From NCBI GenBank assembly GCA_964452145.1, contig CAYVLA010000006.1, positions 16,409-80,408 on the forward strand: 64,000 bases of DNA. The letters are read 5' to 3'. The DNA comes from Candidatus Hadarchaeota archaeon. Lineage in GTDB: Archaea; CAYQAE01; CAYVLA01. Positions 1 to 9,002 of the stretch are shown here, in pieces; position 1 is the stretch's first letter, and each line of letters begins with the position of its first letter. The notes below the pieces were generated by a model. It was not told the DNA's origin, did no database searches, and was given only the letters and a program-made list of their open reading frames with translations. Both the position numbers and the translations under genes were made by a program.

Positions 1-1
1 C

Positions 2-586
2 ATCGGCAACATCGGCTTCCGGTTCGATAGTTCGGGCCTTGCCGAGGACGTGGAGCGGGGAAGGATTGAGAATGAGGAAGCCTTCAGCGGTGACGGCTCC
101 TCGAGTTCCTTCCGCCTGAAGGAGAAACCGATGGAAGAGAGCCTGCGAGTCGAGCACCCCTTGGGTAGGCCGCTCGCGGCTCGCGATGACTTCAGCGTCG
201 ACCTGGAGAAGAGCTCCATTGTCTTCAAGAAGCCCCCGGCCAAGGGCAAGGACAACATCCTGGTAAGGTACGTGGGTCAGAGAGGTATCGTCAGCCTCAA
301 GGTCGTCAAGCTGAGGGCGGATTACTCCCTTGACGTCTGGCACACAGATAGGGAGAAGGCCGATCAGATCGCCGAGAAAGTCGTCAAGCTGCTCTTGGTT
401 GCACAGAATGATCTCTCGGCACAGGGCTACGATCTGAGGCCAACGGAGGGGAACATGGAGGGAGGGCCCGATGGGAAGGCCACCGTGGTTCGCCTCAGGT
501 ACTCGATGGAGAGGGAGCTTCGCGTGGAGCAGGTTGTGGGCATCATAGAGAGAGTGGAGCTGTCCGGGAAGAGGCCCCTGTCGTAG
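2..586 (+). CDS. 5'-truncated putative phage-tail/contractile injection system structural protein (possibly tail terminator/Pvc16-like)
   Basis: Frame is open from base 2 (IGNIGFRFDSSG...) to TAG at 584-586. Contains FSGDGSSSSFRLKEKP and DDFSVDLEKSSIVFKKPP segments followed by a YSLDVW...ADQIAEKV segment, reminiscent of virion/tail-associated proteins. A PAAR gene lies about 0.6 kb away. Confidence 0.4.
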   Translation: MGNIGFRFDSSGLAEDVERGRIENEEAFSGDGSSSSFRLKEKPMEESLRVEHPLGRPLAARDDFSVDLEKSSIVFKKPPAKGKDNILVRYVGQRGIVSLKVVKLRADYSLDVWHTDREKADQIAEKVVKLLLVAQNDLSAQGYDLRPTEGNMEGGPDGKATVVRLRYSMERELRVEQVVGIIERVELSGKRPLS

Positions 587-609
587 GTCGTCTTCTTCAG
601 CGCGGTGTC

Positions 610-1152
610 TTACCCCAGGGGGACGACGCGGTCAACGCGAAAGACGTCATCCGGAGGATCGCCTCTACAGATCAAGCTGATGCAGGATACGGTGAATTCG
701 AGATGTCGCCACGCTTGTTGGAGACCCGGCAGCAACCTCTCCAGCGTTGCCCTTCCCCTTACCTGGCCTATGCTTAGGTGGGGCTTGTACCCATTCTCGA
801 ATCTGGTCACTTCGTCGCAGTCAGGGAAGGCACCCAACAATCGATCTTGCAGTTCGACAATCGGCTCTCTGGGCTCCGGCGCCAGCCATGCCGTATACAG
901 CCCGGGCGAGTGCTCGAAGTAGCTGAAGGTATCCAGACTCACCTCGAAACCTCTGGTGTCTTTGCAAGCTGACAGAAGCAGTCTGACAGATTGGCCGAAG
1001 GCCTGGCGAGGCCTGAAAGGGTACAACAGCGTGATGTGAGGCATCCATCGCCTTAGCTGCCGGTCATGCTTTTGCCGCAAGGCCTGGATGGAAGGCCATA
1101 CGGTCTCGGGAGGTATGATCACCAAAGCGGTCGTGTACGTCTTGGACTCCAC
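610..1152 (-). CDS. 2H phosphoesterase / 2'-5' RNA ligase family protein
   Basis: Two Hx[T/S]h motifs (PHITL, PHLSI) about 85 aa apart. GTG start at 1152 chosen; the ORF track gives ATG 1197. Confidence 0.85.
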   Translation of the reverse strand: MESKTYTTALVIIPPETVWPSIQALRQKHDRQLRRWMPHITLLYPFRPRQAFGQSVRLLLSACKDTRGFEVSLDTFSYFEHSPGLYTAWLAPEPREPIVELQDRLLGAFPDCDEVTRFENGYKPHLSIGQVRGRATLERLLPGLQQAWRHLEFTVSCISLICRGDPPDDVFRVDRVVPLG

Positions 1153-1218
1153 GGAAAGTCCTCGCCTCCAAGGCTGGTCAAAGGCGGTTCCCTGCATGGC
1201 GACGGTGAACCTATCGTC

Positions 1219-1611
1219 CTATCCTATGAACACCCTTCCTTGCGCAACGATGGAGCCTGCAGGTAGATCAACGGGATCGTTGCACGTCCTAGCCTTGTCT
1301 CCCGCTCGAGCCGCCGGCTTGCCGTTGATAGTCACCGTGAGGCTGCCGGCGATGATGGTTGCCTGGTTGCTCGGAGGCCTCTGGAAGGTGCCTCCTGTGG
1401 GAACGTGCGGCGGTGAGTTCATTGCCACGCTGCCGACTGTAGCCGCAGGCCGCCCTTCGATGACCACGTTGGGGCTGGTGCCGCTCACTATCTCGCCGCT
1501 GAACGGGAAGGGCATGGGCACGGGTTGAGGACCGCCCGGCGACGGAACCATGACTATGTGGGTATCCGTCCCTACGACCTTGTCCCCTTGCTTGGACGCC
1601 GGCTGGCCCAA
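1219..1611 (-). CDS. PAAR domain-containing spike-tip protein
   Basis: 130 aa with GRPAATVG and GKPAARAGD motifs, plus His/Cys residues (DTH, PPH, TCND) typical of the PAAR zinc site. Confidence 0.92.
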   Translation of the reverse strand: MGQPASKQGDKVVGTDTHIVMVPSPGGPQPVPMPFPFSGEIVSGTSPNVVIEGRPAATVGSVAMNSPPHVPTGGTFQRPPSNQATIIAGSLTVTINGKPAARAGDKARTCNDPVDLPAGSIVAQGRVFIG

Positions 1612-1615
1612 AGAC

Positions 1616-3250
1616 TCACCCCATGGCGGGAGGCTGTTGCGACATCGTTCCGGCCACCGGAGGCTGCTTGGCTCCGCATTCGCTACAGTAGCTCGCCGTC
1701 TGAGGCAGAACCGCGCCGCAGTGACATGTCTTGGTCTCGGGTCCCCCGAAGTGTGCAGGAGAAGCGCCGCACTTGGAGCATCTCGTGTCCCGCACCGACA
1801 TCCTAGCCCCGCACCCCATGCAGAACCTGGGCTTCTCCTTGAAGTTTAGAGTCACCGTCCCCGTTTCCAGACCCGACGACTCTGCGCTAACGCTGGCAGG
1901 ACCGAACTGCGTCGTGGATGCAATGACGGTGGCTCCGGAGGAGGCTCCCTTCTTGATCCGAACAGCCGGATCAACCAGTCTGCCGATGTTCGTCGCCAGG
2001 CGGATCTCCATATCGCCTGTGGCCGCGGCTGGCTTGCCGGACTTGTCCAGGAGCGCGACGGTCAGTGTCGAAGTCGATCGGCCATCGGCCACGATCTCCC
2101 CGGGCTCGGCGCTCAGCTTCAGCCTCTCCGGAGCCGGAGGCTTCTTGGACCTCTTCCGCATCAGGAAGAAGATCACTGCGCCAGCCACGGCGACGACCAT
2201 GACGATGAGCAGCATCTCCTCCAGATATCCAGGCCCTCCGATAGGGCTCCTATTCACGATGATATCAACCGAGAGCGCCTGGGACCGTCCAGCCTTGTCG
2301 ATTGCCTTGACCTCGAAAGTGTGAACTCCATCGGCAAGATCCGAAAACGTGTACGACGGCGTGGCGCCCGTGGTGGTCCAAGCACCTCCGTCAACCCTTA
2401 CCTCATACCGATCCACCCCCGAACCCTGATCCATCGCTGTCCAGTTCAACGAATAAGAGGAGGATTTGATCTTGGTGCCGTTTACGGTCGGCGACATCAG
2501 GGACGGTGGGAGCGTATCCAGGACGATGTCATCCTGGTATATCGCCGAGACCAGGCCGGCCATGTCCCCGAACTGAGCGGAGACCCTCCGGAGGCCGTCC
2601 TGAGACCCAAGCTCCCACTCCTTTGTCGCTGAGAAGGCCTCCCAGGCGCTCCAGCTGCCCTCGTCGTTTCTGAACCTCATCTGCAACACGCCCGACACCG
2701 CATCTATGGCGGAGAGGGTCAGGGACACCGAGGGAGACGTGGCGTACTCCGTGCCTCCTGCGATAACCACCGATCCCTCAGGGGCACCCTTGTCGACCCA
2801 GATGTTCTCGATCTTGGCCGACTCCGTGTATCCCAGGGTATCGATCGAGTAGTAGGAAAGCCTTGACTTCCCCTGGGCCGTTACTTTGAAGGGTGCGGTA
2901 TAGGTCCTGAGAGTGCCAATCGTCTGCCCTTCAGCGTACAGGGTATAGAAGGTCTTGTCGACGCCGGTTGCATCCGTCGCCTTCAGCGTGACAGTTACGT
3001 CCGATGTGTACCACCCATTCTCGCCTTTGGTGCCCGAGAGGGAGACATTGGTCACCGGGGGGAATATGTCGATTATGATGATGGGGTCAACATAGGGTAT
3101 CTGGGGAACGTAAGGTACGTAGGGCGAGTCCGCTGCAGCGCAGCCGAGCCAAAGCGAAAGCGCGAAGATGAGGGCAAAGGATGTCGTCCACCCTCTCCGA
3201 CGTACGGAAACGGATCTGTTCATGATACACACCAAGGGGGAGTCGCACAC
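1616..3250 (-). CDS. Membrane-anchored Ig/FN3-repeat protein with C-terminal invasin-like Ig domain and double zinc ribbon
   Basis: N-terminal hydrophobic signal (FALIFALSLWLGCAAA). Ig-like repeats (NGWYTSDVTVTLKATD, YYSIDTLG, FEVKAIDKAG), central TM (LLIVMVVAVAGAVIFFLM-RKRSKK), invasin-like ADGRSTSTLTV segment, and C-terminal CxxC ribbons (CMGC..CSKC, CHC..CSEC). Start may be ATG 3223. Confidence 0.8.
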   Translation of the reverse strand: MCDSPLVCIMNRSVSVRRRGWTTSFALIFALSLWLGCAAADSPYVPYVPQIPYVDPIIIIDIFPPVTNVSLSGTKGENGWYTSDVTVTLKATDATGVDKTFYTLYAEGQTIGTLRTYTAPFKVTAQGKSRLSYYSIDTLGYTESAKIENIWVDKGAPEGSVVIAGGTEYATSPSVSLTLSAIDAVSGVLQMRFRNDEGSWSAWEAFSATKEWELGSQDGLRRVSAQFGDMAGLVSAIYQDDIVLDTLPPSLMSPTVNGTKIKSSSYSLNWTAMDQGSGVDRYEVRVDGGAWTTTGATPSYTFSDLADGVHTFEVKAIDKAGRSQALSVDIIVNRSPIGGPGYLEEMLLIVMVVAVAGAVIFFLMRKRSKKPPAPERLKLSAEPGEIVADGRSTSTLTVALLDKSGKPAAATGDMEIRLATNIGRLVDPAVRIKKGASSGATVIASTTQFGPASVSAESSGLETGTVTLNFKEKPRFCMGCGARMSVRDTRCSKCGASPAHFGGPETKTCHCGAVLPQTASYCSECGAKQPPVAGTMSQQPPAMG

Positions 3251-3265
3251 TTCGTGGACAATTGT

Positions 3266-3276
3266 TCATATAAATC
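3266..3276 (-). promoter_or_regulatory. Candidate archaeal TATA box
   Basis: TTTATA on the minus strand just upstream of the Ig-protein/PAAR/2H gene run. Confidence 0.35.
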
Positions 3277-3543
3277 TCACATGATGACACGGCAAGCCTG
3301 CGAGGAATCACACAACGGCATTGCCTGAGTTTGGAAAACCTCGCTTTCTCTGACCTCATGTTGTCAAAAGCCGACCACCGACCCGATCCGCCTGGAATAA
3401 CCAAGTATGCCCAAGAAGAGCAAGCCGAAAGGAAGCCCCAGGGCCAATCCCAAGATGAGTGCCCTGACACGTTTCACATGTCCAGTCTGCATTCCCCATT
3501 ATCGTCATAAACGATGCTACCCAACCTCATAGCAGGTGATTGT

Positions 3544-3690
3544 GTGGACAAGAAGGATCTGGCAGCCGTGGTCCTGATGATCTTGGTCGGCATAGCGGCA
3601 AGGATCCTCATCCTCTTGTTCGACCAGGGCAAGCGTACTAGGCCCCGGAAGATCAATTGGTCTGAGCATAGATGGAGCAGGGACGACTGA
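3544..3690 (+). CDS. Small single-pass membrane protein (48 aa), not in the ORF track
   Basis: GGTGA RBS 4 nt before GTG. Translation MDKKDLAAVVLMILVGIAARILILLFDQGKRTRPRKINWSEHRWSRDD gives one TM and a basic tail. It fills an otherwise empty intergenic gap. Alternative in-frame ATG at 3514. Confidence 0.6.
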   Translation: MDKKDLAAVVLMILVGIAARILILLFDQGKRTRPRKINWSEHRWSRDD

Positions 3691-3700
3691 AGACATGCCA

Positions 3701-4768
3701 TCAGAAATCCATATCGATGCAATACTTCTCCATAGCGTCACAGAGGGCTTCAATATTCTCCAGGGGCACATTGGTGCCGCTCACTTCCCCCTTCATCATT
3801 AGGCCCCCTTCAGGGGAGTTCAGTCTTTCCACCGACTCTCTCACATGGGTGTGCAGAAGTTCAGGCGTGGTGAAGGCGAACATCTGTCTATCGAGATCCA
3901 GATCGATACACATCTTGCCCTTGTAGGCCCTCTCTATCCCCTCCAAGGTATTGGCCCGGAATTGGGGATCATGAACCGAGACCCCACACTCGATAAGATC
4001 GTCAACGATCTCCACAAGCCGCCCATCCGAAGAGAGGTGGACATGCACACCTGCATCGCGACATCTGGTGAAGAGGGCTTTGTACAACGGCTTGATGTGT
4101 TTACGGAACTGGGCCGGGCTGATCATCAACCCTCTCTGCGTGCCTATGTCGGTGTGGAAGCCGATTATGTCGACGCCCAACTCCAGCCATTTGTCCACCA
4201 GGACCGTCTCGTGGTCCTGAAGCATCTTGATCAGCCTGGGCAGCTGGGGTGCATCCGTCACTATGTCCCGCATGAGGTTCTTGAATCCGCGCAGGAAGTA
4301 CAGCCGATCGAACAGTCTCTCGCCTCCTCCCCAGACCACAAGGCCCAGCTCCCGTCTTCGTCTGATGTCCTTCTTGGTGCTCTCCCAGTCGCGATCCCCG
4401 CGCTCGGACTTCGCGAGCGGATCGGGAAACCTGTAGTCATCCAGGGACTGCCAGTCCTCGAGAGGATGCCCGACGACCTGCCCCTCTAGCCCGGGCTGGA
4501 CGTTCCTCCAGACGCATCCCCACTCGTCGGTGTAGTAACCTTCCGCGTAGGCAGCGGGTTGCCGGTCGAAGTCCACGCTTCCCTTCTTGAAAGCCCCAAA
4601 GATGCGCGGATGGGCCATGACTACTTCCTCCAGCTTCTCCCTATAGCACCTCCAGGTGGCCGGAGAGAAGCCCACCGTACACGGAATCCAGTCCGGACCC
4701 CGGAATTCGAGAGCCTTCAGGAAGTTGTCCCTGTAGTCTCGGTTTGGATAGGCGAAGTCGGGGAGCAC
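3701..4768 (-). CDS. Uroporphyrinogen decarboxylase / MtaA-CmuA (MT2)-like TIM-barrel protein
   Basis: DEWGCVW, LFDRLYFLRG, DIGTQRGLMISP, HLSSDG and GG.MM..E motifs. GTG start after GGTGA chosen; the ORF track start is 4963. Confidence 0.85.
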   Translation of the reverse strand: MLPDFAYPNRDYRDNFLKALEFRGPDWIPCTVGFSPATWRCYREKLEEVVMAHPRIFGAFKKGSVDFDRQPAAYAEGYYTDEWGCVWRNVQPGLEGQVVGHPLEDWQSLDDYRFPDPLAKSERGDRDWESTKKDIRRRRELGLVVWGGGERLFDRLYFLRGFKNLMRDIVTDAPQLPRLIKMLQDHETVLVDKWLELGVDIIGFHTDIGTQRGLMISPAQFRKHIKPLYKALFTRCRDAGVHVHLSSDGRLVEIVDDLIECGVSVHDPQFRANTLEGIERAYKGKMCIDLDLDRQMFAFTTPELLHTHVRESVERLNSPEGGLMMKGEVSGTNVPLENIEALCDAMEKYCIDMDF

Positions 4769-5135
4769 GCCACTCACCAGGCCAGGCGGTCTGGCTGAGA
4801 AACCTCCTGAAATAGGTTTCATGGTCGATGGTCGAGGTTCCAAGGTCATTGTGTGGTGTATCCTATGTCTCTGGACACGTGTGCCTAGGGCATTTCCGGA
4901 AGCTTTGCGCGTTGTCGCCGTTGGGTCCTGTCGAGAACAGTGCAGATCGGTTGGATACACCACACTAGACAGGGTTCACCTCAGTCCAGCCCGTATCCTC
5001 ACTTCGGCAGCATCTCTGGGTCGGATCTTGGCTGCCGAGATGGAGGGGAGGCCAGGCAAAGACCACTTCTCGATGCCCGCCGGGGCTCTGATCCGTGACG
5101 CCCGCAGATACATGCCGGGCCAATGCAACGCACGA

Positions 5136-7124
5136 TCAGGCGCTCGGTTCACGGGGACGCGACCTCAACCACGCCAAGTTGAAGGAGTAGTGCTGGCGGC
5201 TGCTGATCAAGTGGATGATGCCTCGCGCATCCTGGCAGACGGACAGATACCCTCCTCGCTCGGCACTGCTGGAGCTCAGGGTGAAGAGGTGTCCATCCGT
5301 CGTTTCGACCTGGCGTCCAGGGCCGTCATCCGAGATCAGACGCTTATGCGGCCACGTCTCTCCTTCGTCCATCGAGATGGCCCCGAACAGGCCCGAGACC
5401 GGACGCTCGGTGCCTGATGCATCGGTGATCATCAACTCCTTGGCGAAGGAGGCCAAGAAGATGGGCCCCTCCTTAAGCCTCAGCAGCACGAGGCGCTGCC
5501 CACCGCCTATTGGCTGGAACTCGCTGGCCATGTAGGTCCATGTCTGACCCATGTCGGTCGATATGCTTTTCGGCAGCTTGCCGTCGATATCATCCCCTCT
5601 CCCATACGCCAGTAACCGCCCATCCGAGAGTTGGGTGATGCCAGCGTGTATGCCCGCGGTCTTGCCGCCGGGGTCGTGCCAAGTCTTTCCGCCATCTCGG
5701 CTGATGTGGATGGCCGTCCCTCCGTGGCCCCCGGTTACGGCATCACAAGGCAGGATGATATAACCCTCCCTGGTCATGAACACCGATTCCACGGGCATGT
5801 GGCGGGTGCCGTGCTCGGGGATGATCAGCCTAGCCCTCGACCAAGTTGCGCCGCTGTCCCTGGATGTCCGCATGACGGTGGCGGTGTTCCCCCAAGTTGC
5901 GGCCACGGATAGGCCAACGAACTGGTAGATGGTGGACTTGCCATCGAACCACAGGGCGGGAGCATGATCGTTCCGATCCGGCACATCCCAGAAGGGTGAT
6001 GCGGGATCCCATTCGTCCCGGTCTGGTCTCAGACGACTGGCCAGTAGGCAGAGTTCGCGCCCCGGCTCCTCCCAACAGGAGTACCATATGGCCAATAGAT
6101 CCCCATTCGGACAGGGAACTATTGCGGGATCGTGGTTATGGTGCGAGAACATCGGCCCGTTTGACCCTGGAGGGATCTTGACGTACTTGCGAGGACCTCG
6201 GAAGTATGGTTCTTCCGGATCGTAGGCCTCCGGCGGACGCAGTGGCCGCCTCTTTCCCACTCCTTGCTGGTGGAGCGGGGGCGGCATTACGGGGAGGGGC
6301 CTGGTTCTGGGCGGATCCCCGAGGGCGACCCTGAAGCCCAGGAGCCAGTGCTTGTCCTCCGGCAGGGCGCCCATCCTGTTTGACGAGCGGAGGTAGTAGA
6401 TCTCCGTGGAATGGCTTCCGCCACGGGTGACGCGAAAGTCACCATCAGCTCGGCCGACTGGGTCGATCTGATCGTGAGGCTCGTATGGGCCATACCAGTC
6501 CTGGCACCACTCTTCCACGTTCCCATGCATGTCATGAAGTCCCCAGAGATTTGGCGGAGTGCAACCCACGGTGAGATCGACGATCTCGTTCTCACTGCTC
6601 CGATCCGGATCGGGGTACCAGCTCATCCTCGCGTTCTTGTGGAACTCCTTGGGCAAGGTATCCCCGGTGTTGTAGTTGCTCGTCGTCCCCGCCCGGCATG
6701 CGTATTCCCACTCGGCCTCGGTGGGCAGACGGTAGGCCAGCTTCTCCCTGCGTGACAGCCATCTGCAGAATCCTGCGGCTTCGTGCCAGCTAACAAAGAC
6801 CACGGCCTCATCATCGCCCTTGGAGAAGCCCAACTTTCCACGGAGCTTCCGATGATTCCCGTCGTAGCTTTCATACTGGCGATTTGTGACCTCGAAGGCC
6901 CCCAGGTAGAAGGGCCTGGTGATCGTCACCCTGTGGGCGGGTCGTTCGTCGAAGTCGCCCCATGCCAGATGGGGCCTTGGCGCAACTTCCTTGGGAAGGG
7001 GGGTCGAACCCATACCCATCATGAAGCTGCCGGGCTCGATGCGGACCAGCGGCATGCCTAGGGAATTCGTGAATGCCGGGTCGGAAGCCTTGAGCATGTC
7101 GCGGCCGTGGGGTCCAGGACTCAA
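5136..7124 (-). CDS. FGE/SUMF1-fold domain fused to BNR/sialidase-like beta-propeller
   Basis: N-terminal FGE-sulfatase motifs (FDERPAHRV, LPTEAEWEY, NLWGLHDMHGNVEEW, GFRV). C-terminal Asp-box repeats (SRDSGATW, SRDGGKTW, STDMGQTW, SMDEGETW). Start may be 7097. Confidence 0.85.
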   Translation of the reverse strand: MSPGPHGRDMLKASDPAFTNSLGMPLVRIEPGSFMMGMGSTPLPKEVAPRPHLAWGDFDERPAHRVTITRPFYLGAFEVTNRQYESYDGNHRKLRGKLGFSKGDDEAVVFVSWHEAAGFCRWLSRREKLAYRLPTEAEWEYACRAGTTSNYNTGDTLPKEFHKNARMSWYPDPDRSSENEIVDLTVGCTPPNLWGLHDMHGNVEEWCQDWYGPYEPHDQIDPVGRADGDFRVTRGGSHSTEIYYLRSSNRMGALPEDKHWLLGFRVALGDPPRTRPLPVMPPPLHQQGVGKRRPLRPPEAYDPEEPYFRGPRKYVKIPPGSNGPMFSHHNHDPAIVPCPNGDLLAIWYSCWEEPGRELCLLASRLRPDRDEWDPASPFWDVPDRNDHAPALWFDGKSTIYQFVGLSVAATWGNTATVMRTSRDSGATWSRARLIIPEHGTRHMPVESVFMTREGYIILPCDAVTGGHGGTAIHISRDGGKTWHDPGGKTAGIHAGITQLSDGRLLAYGRGDDIDGKLPKSISTDMGQTWTYMASEFQPIGGGQRLVLLRLKEGPIFLASFAKELMITDASGTERPVSGLFGAISMDEGETWPHKRLISDDGPGRQVETTDGHLFTLSSSSAERGGYLSVCQDARGIIHLISSRQHYSFNLAWLRSRPREPSA

Positions 7125-7174
7125 GAATGTATTGCGGCTTTCTCTCGGGGCCTGCAGAAGGCATACACCCAGCC

Positions 7175-8764
7175 CTATTCGTCAAGGATGCTCAGCGCCT
7201 GGTCCGAGTGGGCGTCCATCACATATGGTATCCCTGATATCCTAGCTGCTTCCTCGCTTAGGGCCATCAGATCGTTCCGGCTGATGGCGGACAAGCTGAA
7301 ATTCCTGCTGCCTGCCATGAGCTGCTGCAGGCCCACCTTGAGCTTGCTGCAGAAGGTGTACATGCTGAGGGCCCCGAGGGGGATCTGCTCGATCTGGTTT
7401 CCGTAGATGGCCCGGAGTTCCTCATAGCAGACGAAGATCTCCTCAACCTTGCTGCCGTATCGAGCAACGTTCTTGGGCAGATCACCACCCTGAAGCCACC
7501 GTCCGATGTTCTTGCCCACCATCGCCGGTATCATCAAGGCACGCCCCATGCAGACGGCTTTGAAGTATGGGCTGCCCATGGCTAAGGCCTTGAAGATACC
7601 ATCCTCCGTCGAGAAACCCCCGGCCATGGCCAGGTCGGGCACCCTAAGTCCGCGCCCAGTGAGCCGCTCGGCGAATCGGTGGGCAAGGCTCTGGAGGTAG
7701 AAGGTGGGTATTCCCCACTCGTTCATCATCGGCCAGGGGCTCATCCCGGTTCCCCCGGGTGCACCATCGATGGTGACCAGGTCGATCTTGGCCTCCGATC
7801 CGTAGCGCAATGCCATTGCGAGTTCAATCGGCGAGTAGGCTCCCGTCTTAAGAGTGATCCTCTTGAAGCCCAGGGCCCGGAGGCGGTCTATCTCCTCCAG
7901 GAATCCCTCCCTAGTGACGAAGCCCAGACGCGAGTGCCTCTCGAACTCCCTGAGAGCGCCGCCGCCGTAGGCCTTCTTGGTCTCACTGTGATTGGGGTCC
8001 GGCACGACGATGTATCCTCTCCTCTTCAGCTCGGTCGCTCTCTCCACGTCACTAACCCTTATCTCCCCGCCGATGCACTTGGCCCCCTGGCCCCACTTCA
8101 GCTCAATTGTTTCCAGCCCATGCTTGGAAGAGACGTACTCCGCCACGCCGAACCGAGTGTCCTCTACGTTCATCTGAACAAGGATCTCGCCGTAGCCTGA
8201 GTGAAACCGTCTGTAGGTCTCTATTCGGCGATCCATCTCCGGAGACTTTGTCACCTTGCCTCCGGCGTCGAGCCGAAGATCGGGGTCGATTCCACACACG
8301 TTTTCACCGCAGACCAGAGTTATGCCAGATATGGCCGCCCCGATGGCGACGTGCTCCCAGTTGGTCCGAGCTATATCCGTGGAGCCCAGTGCTCCCGTGA
8401 AGATGGGAAGCTTCATCCTCACCTTGCCAGACCAGCCATATTCGGTCTCCACGTTGACGCTGGGAAAGATGGCGGTATCGGGCCCTGCCTCGACTCCATT
8501 GTTCAGGCCCTTTGCTCCGGCAGCGTATCCCTGTATGTTGAGATGTGAGTAGTCCACGGGATAGTTCTTGTCGGCCCCGACCGTGACCTCCCCGAAAGGA
8601 CCCGGGTAGAGGACCTCTCGGCCCCGGAAGGAAGCCAGCCAGATCTCACAACTCCCGGTACATCCATCGATGCACCGGGTACAGATACCGGACATGGGAA
8701 CGACGCTTCGTGAGCGGTTGTGGGTTCCGGTCGCCTCGTTTGCATTCGGCTGCCTGAGATTCAT
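7175..8764 (-). CDS. FMN-binding glutamate synthase family protein (standalone GltB-like FMN domain)
   Basis: ELKWGQGAKCIGGE, ITLKTG, VTIDGAPGGTGMSP and AMAGG...KALAMG motifs. About 529 aa from ATG 8764. Confidence 0.88.
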   Translation of the reverse strand: MNLRQPNANEATGTHNRSRSVVPMSGICTRCIDGCTGSCEIWLASFRGREVLYPGPFGEVTVGADKNYPVDYSHLNIQGYAAGAKGLNNGVEAGPDTAIFPSVNVETEYGWSGKVRMKLPIFTGALGSTDIARTNWEHVAIGAAISGITLVCGENVCGIDPDLRLDAGGKVTKSPEMDRRIETYRRFHSGYGEILVQMNVEDTRFGVAEYVSSKHGLETIELKWGQGAKCIGGEIRVSDVERATELKRRGYIVVPDPNHSETKKAYGGGALREFERHSRLGFVTREGFLEEIDRLRALGFKRITLKTGAYSPIELAMALRYGSEAKIDLVTIDGAPGGTGMSPWPMMNEWGIPTFYLQSLAHRFAERLTGRGLRVPDLAMAGGFSTEDGIFKALAMGSPYFKAVCMGRALMIPAMVGKNIGRWLQGGDLPKNVARYGSKVEEIFVCYEELRAIYGNQIEQIPLGALSMYTFCSKLKVGLQQLMAGSRNFSLSAISRNDLMALSEEAARISGIPYVMDAHSDQALSILDE

Positions 8765-9002
8765 CCGTCTCGCCATCTTTCGCTTGTTGCCTCTGCCCGA
8801 ACGCAATCCCTGCGCATGTGAGGAGCGTGCGGGCGCAGAGGACCATGACTCAGAGCGGCCGCATCTGATGAACAATCCATACAAGCAGTATGTATGCGTA
8901 CCCACACTACGTATGCAATTGCCTACCGGATGAAGGCCTGCAACTCGATGGCGCTCTGACCGATCTCATCCCGTCAGGGAGGCCTGAGAACCCCCGCGAC
9001 CG

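Noticed and set aside
584-922. In-frame continuation after TAG of the first ORF (possible pyrrolysine readthrough)
   Set aside because: The continuation is the antisense shadow of the 2H phosphoesterase gene, and no pyl genes are present.
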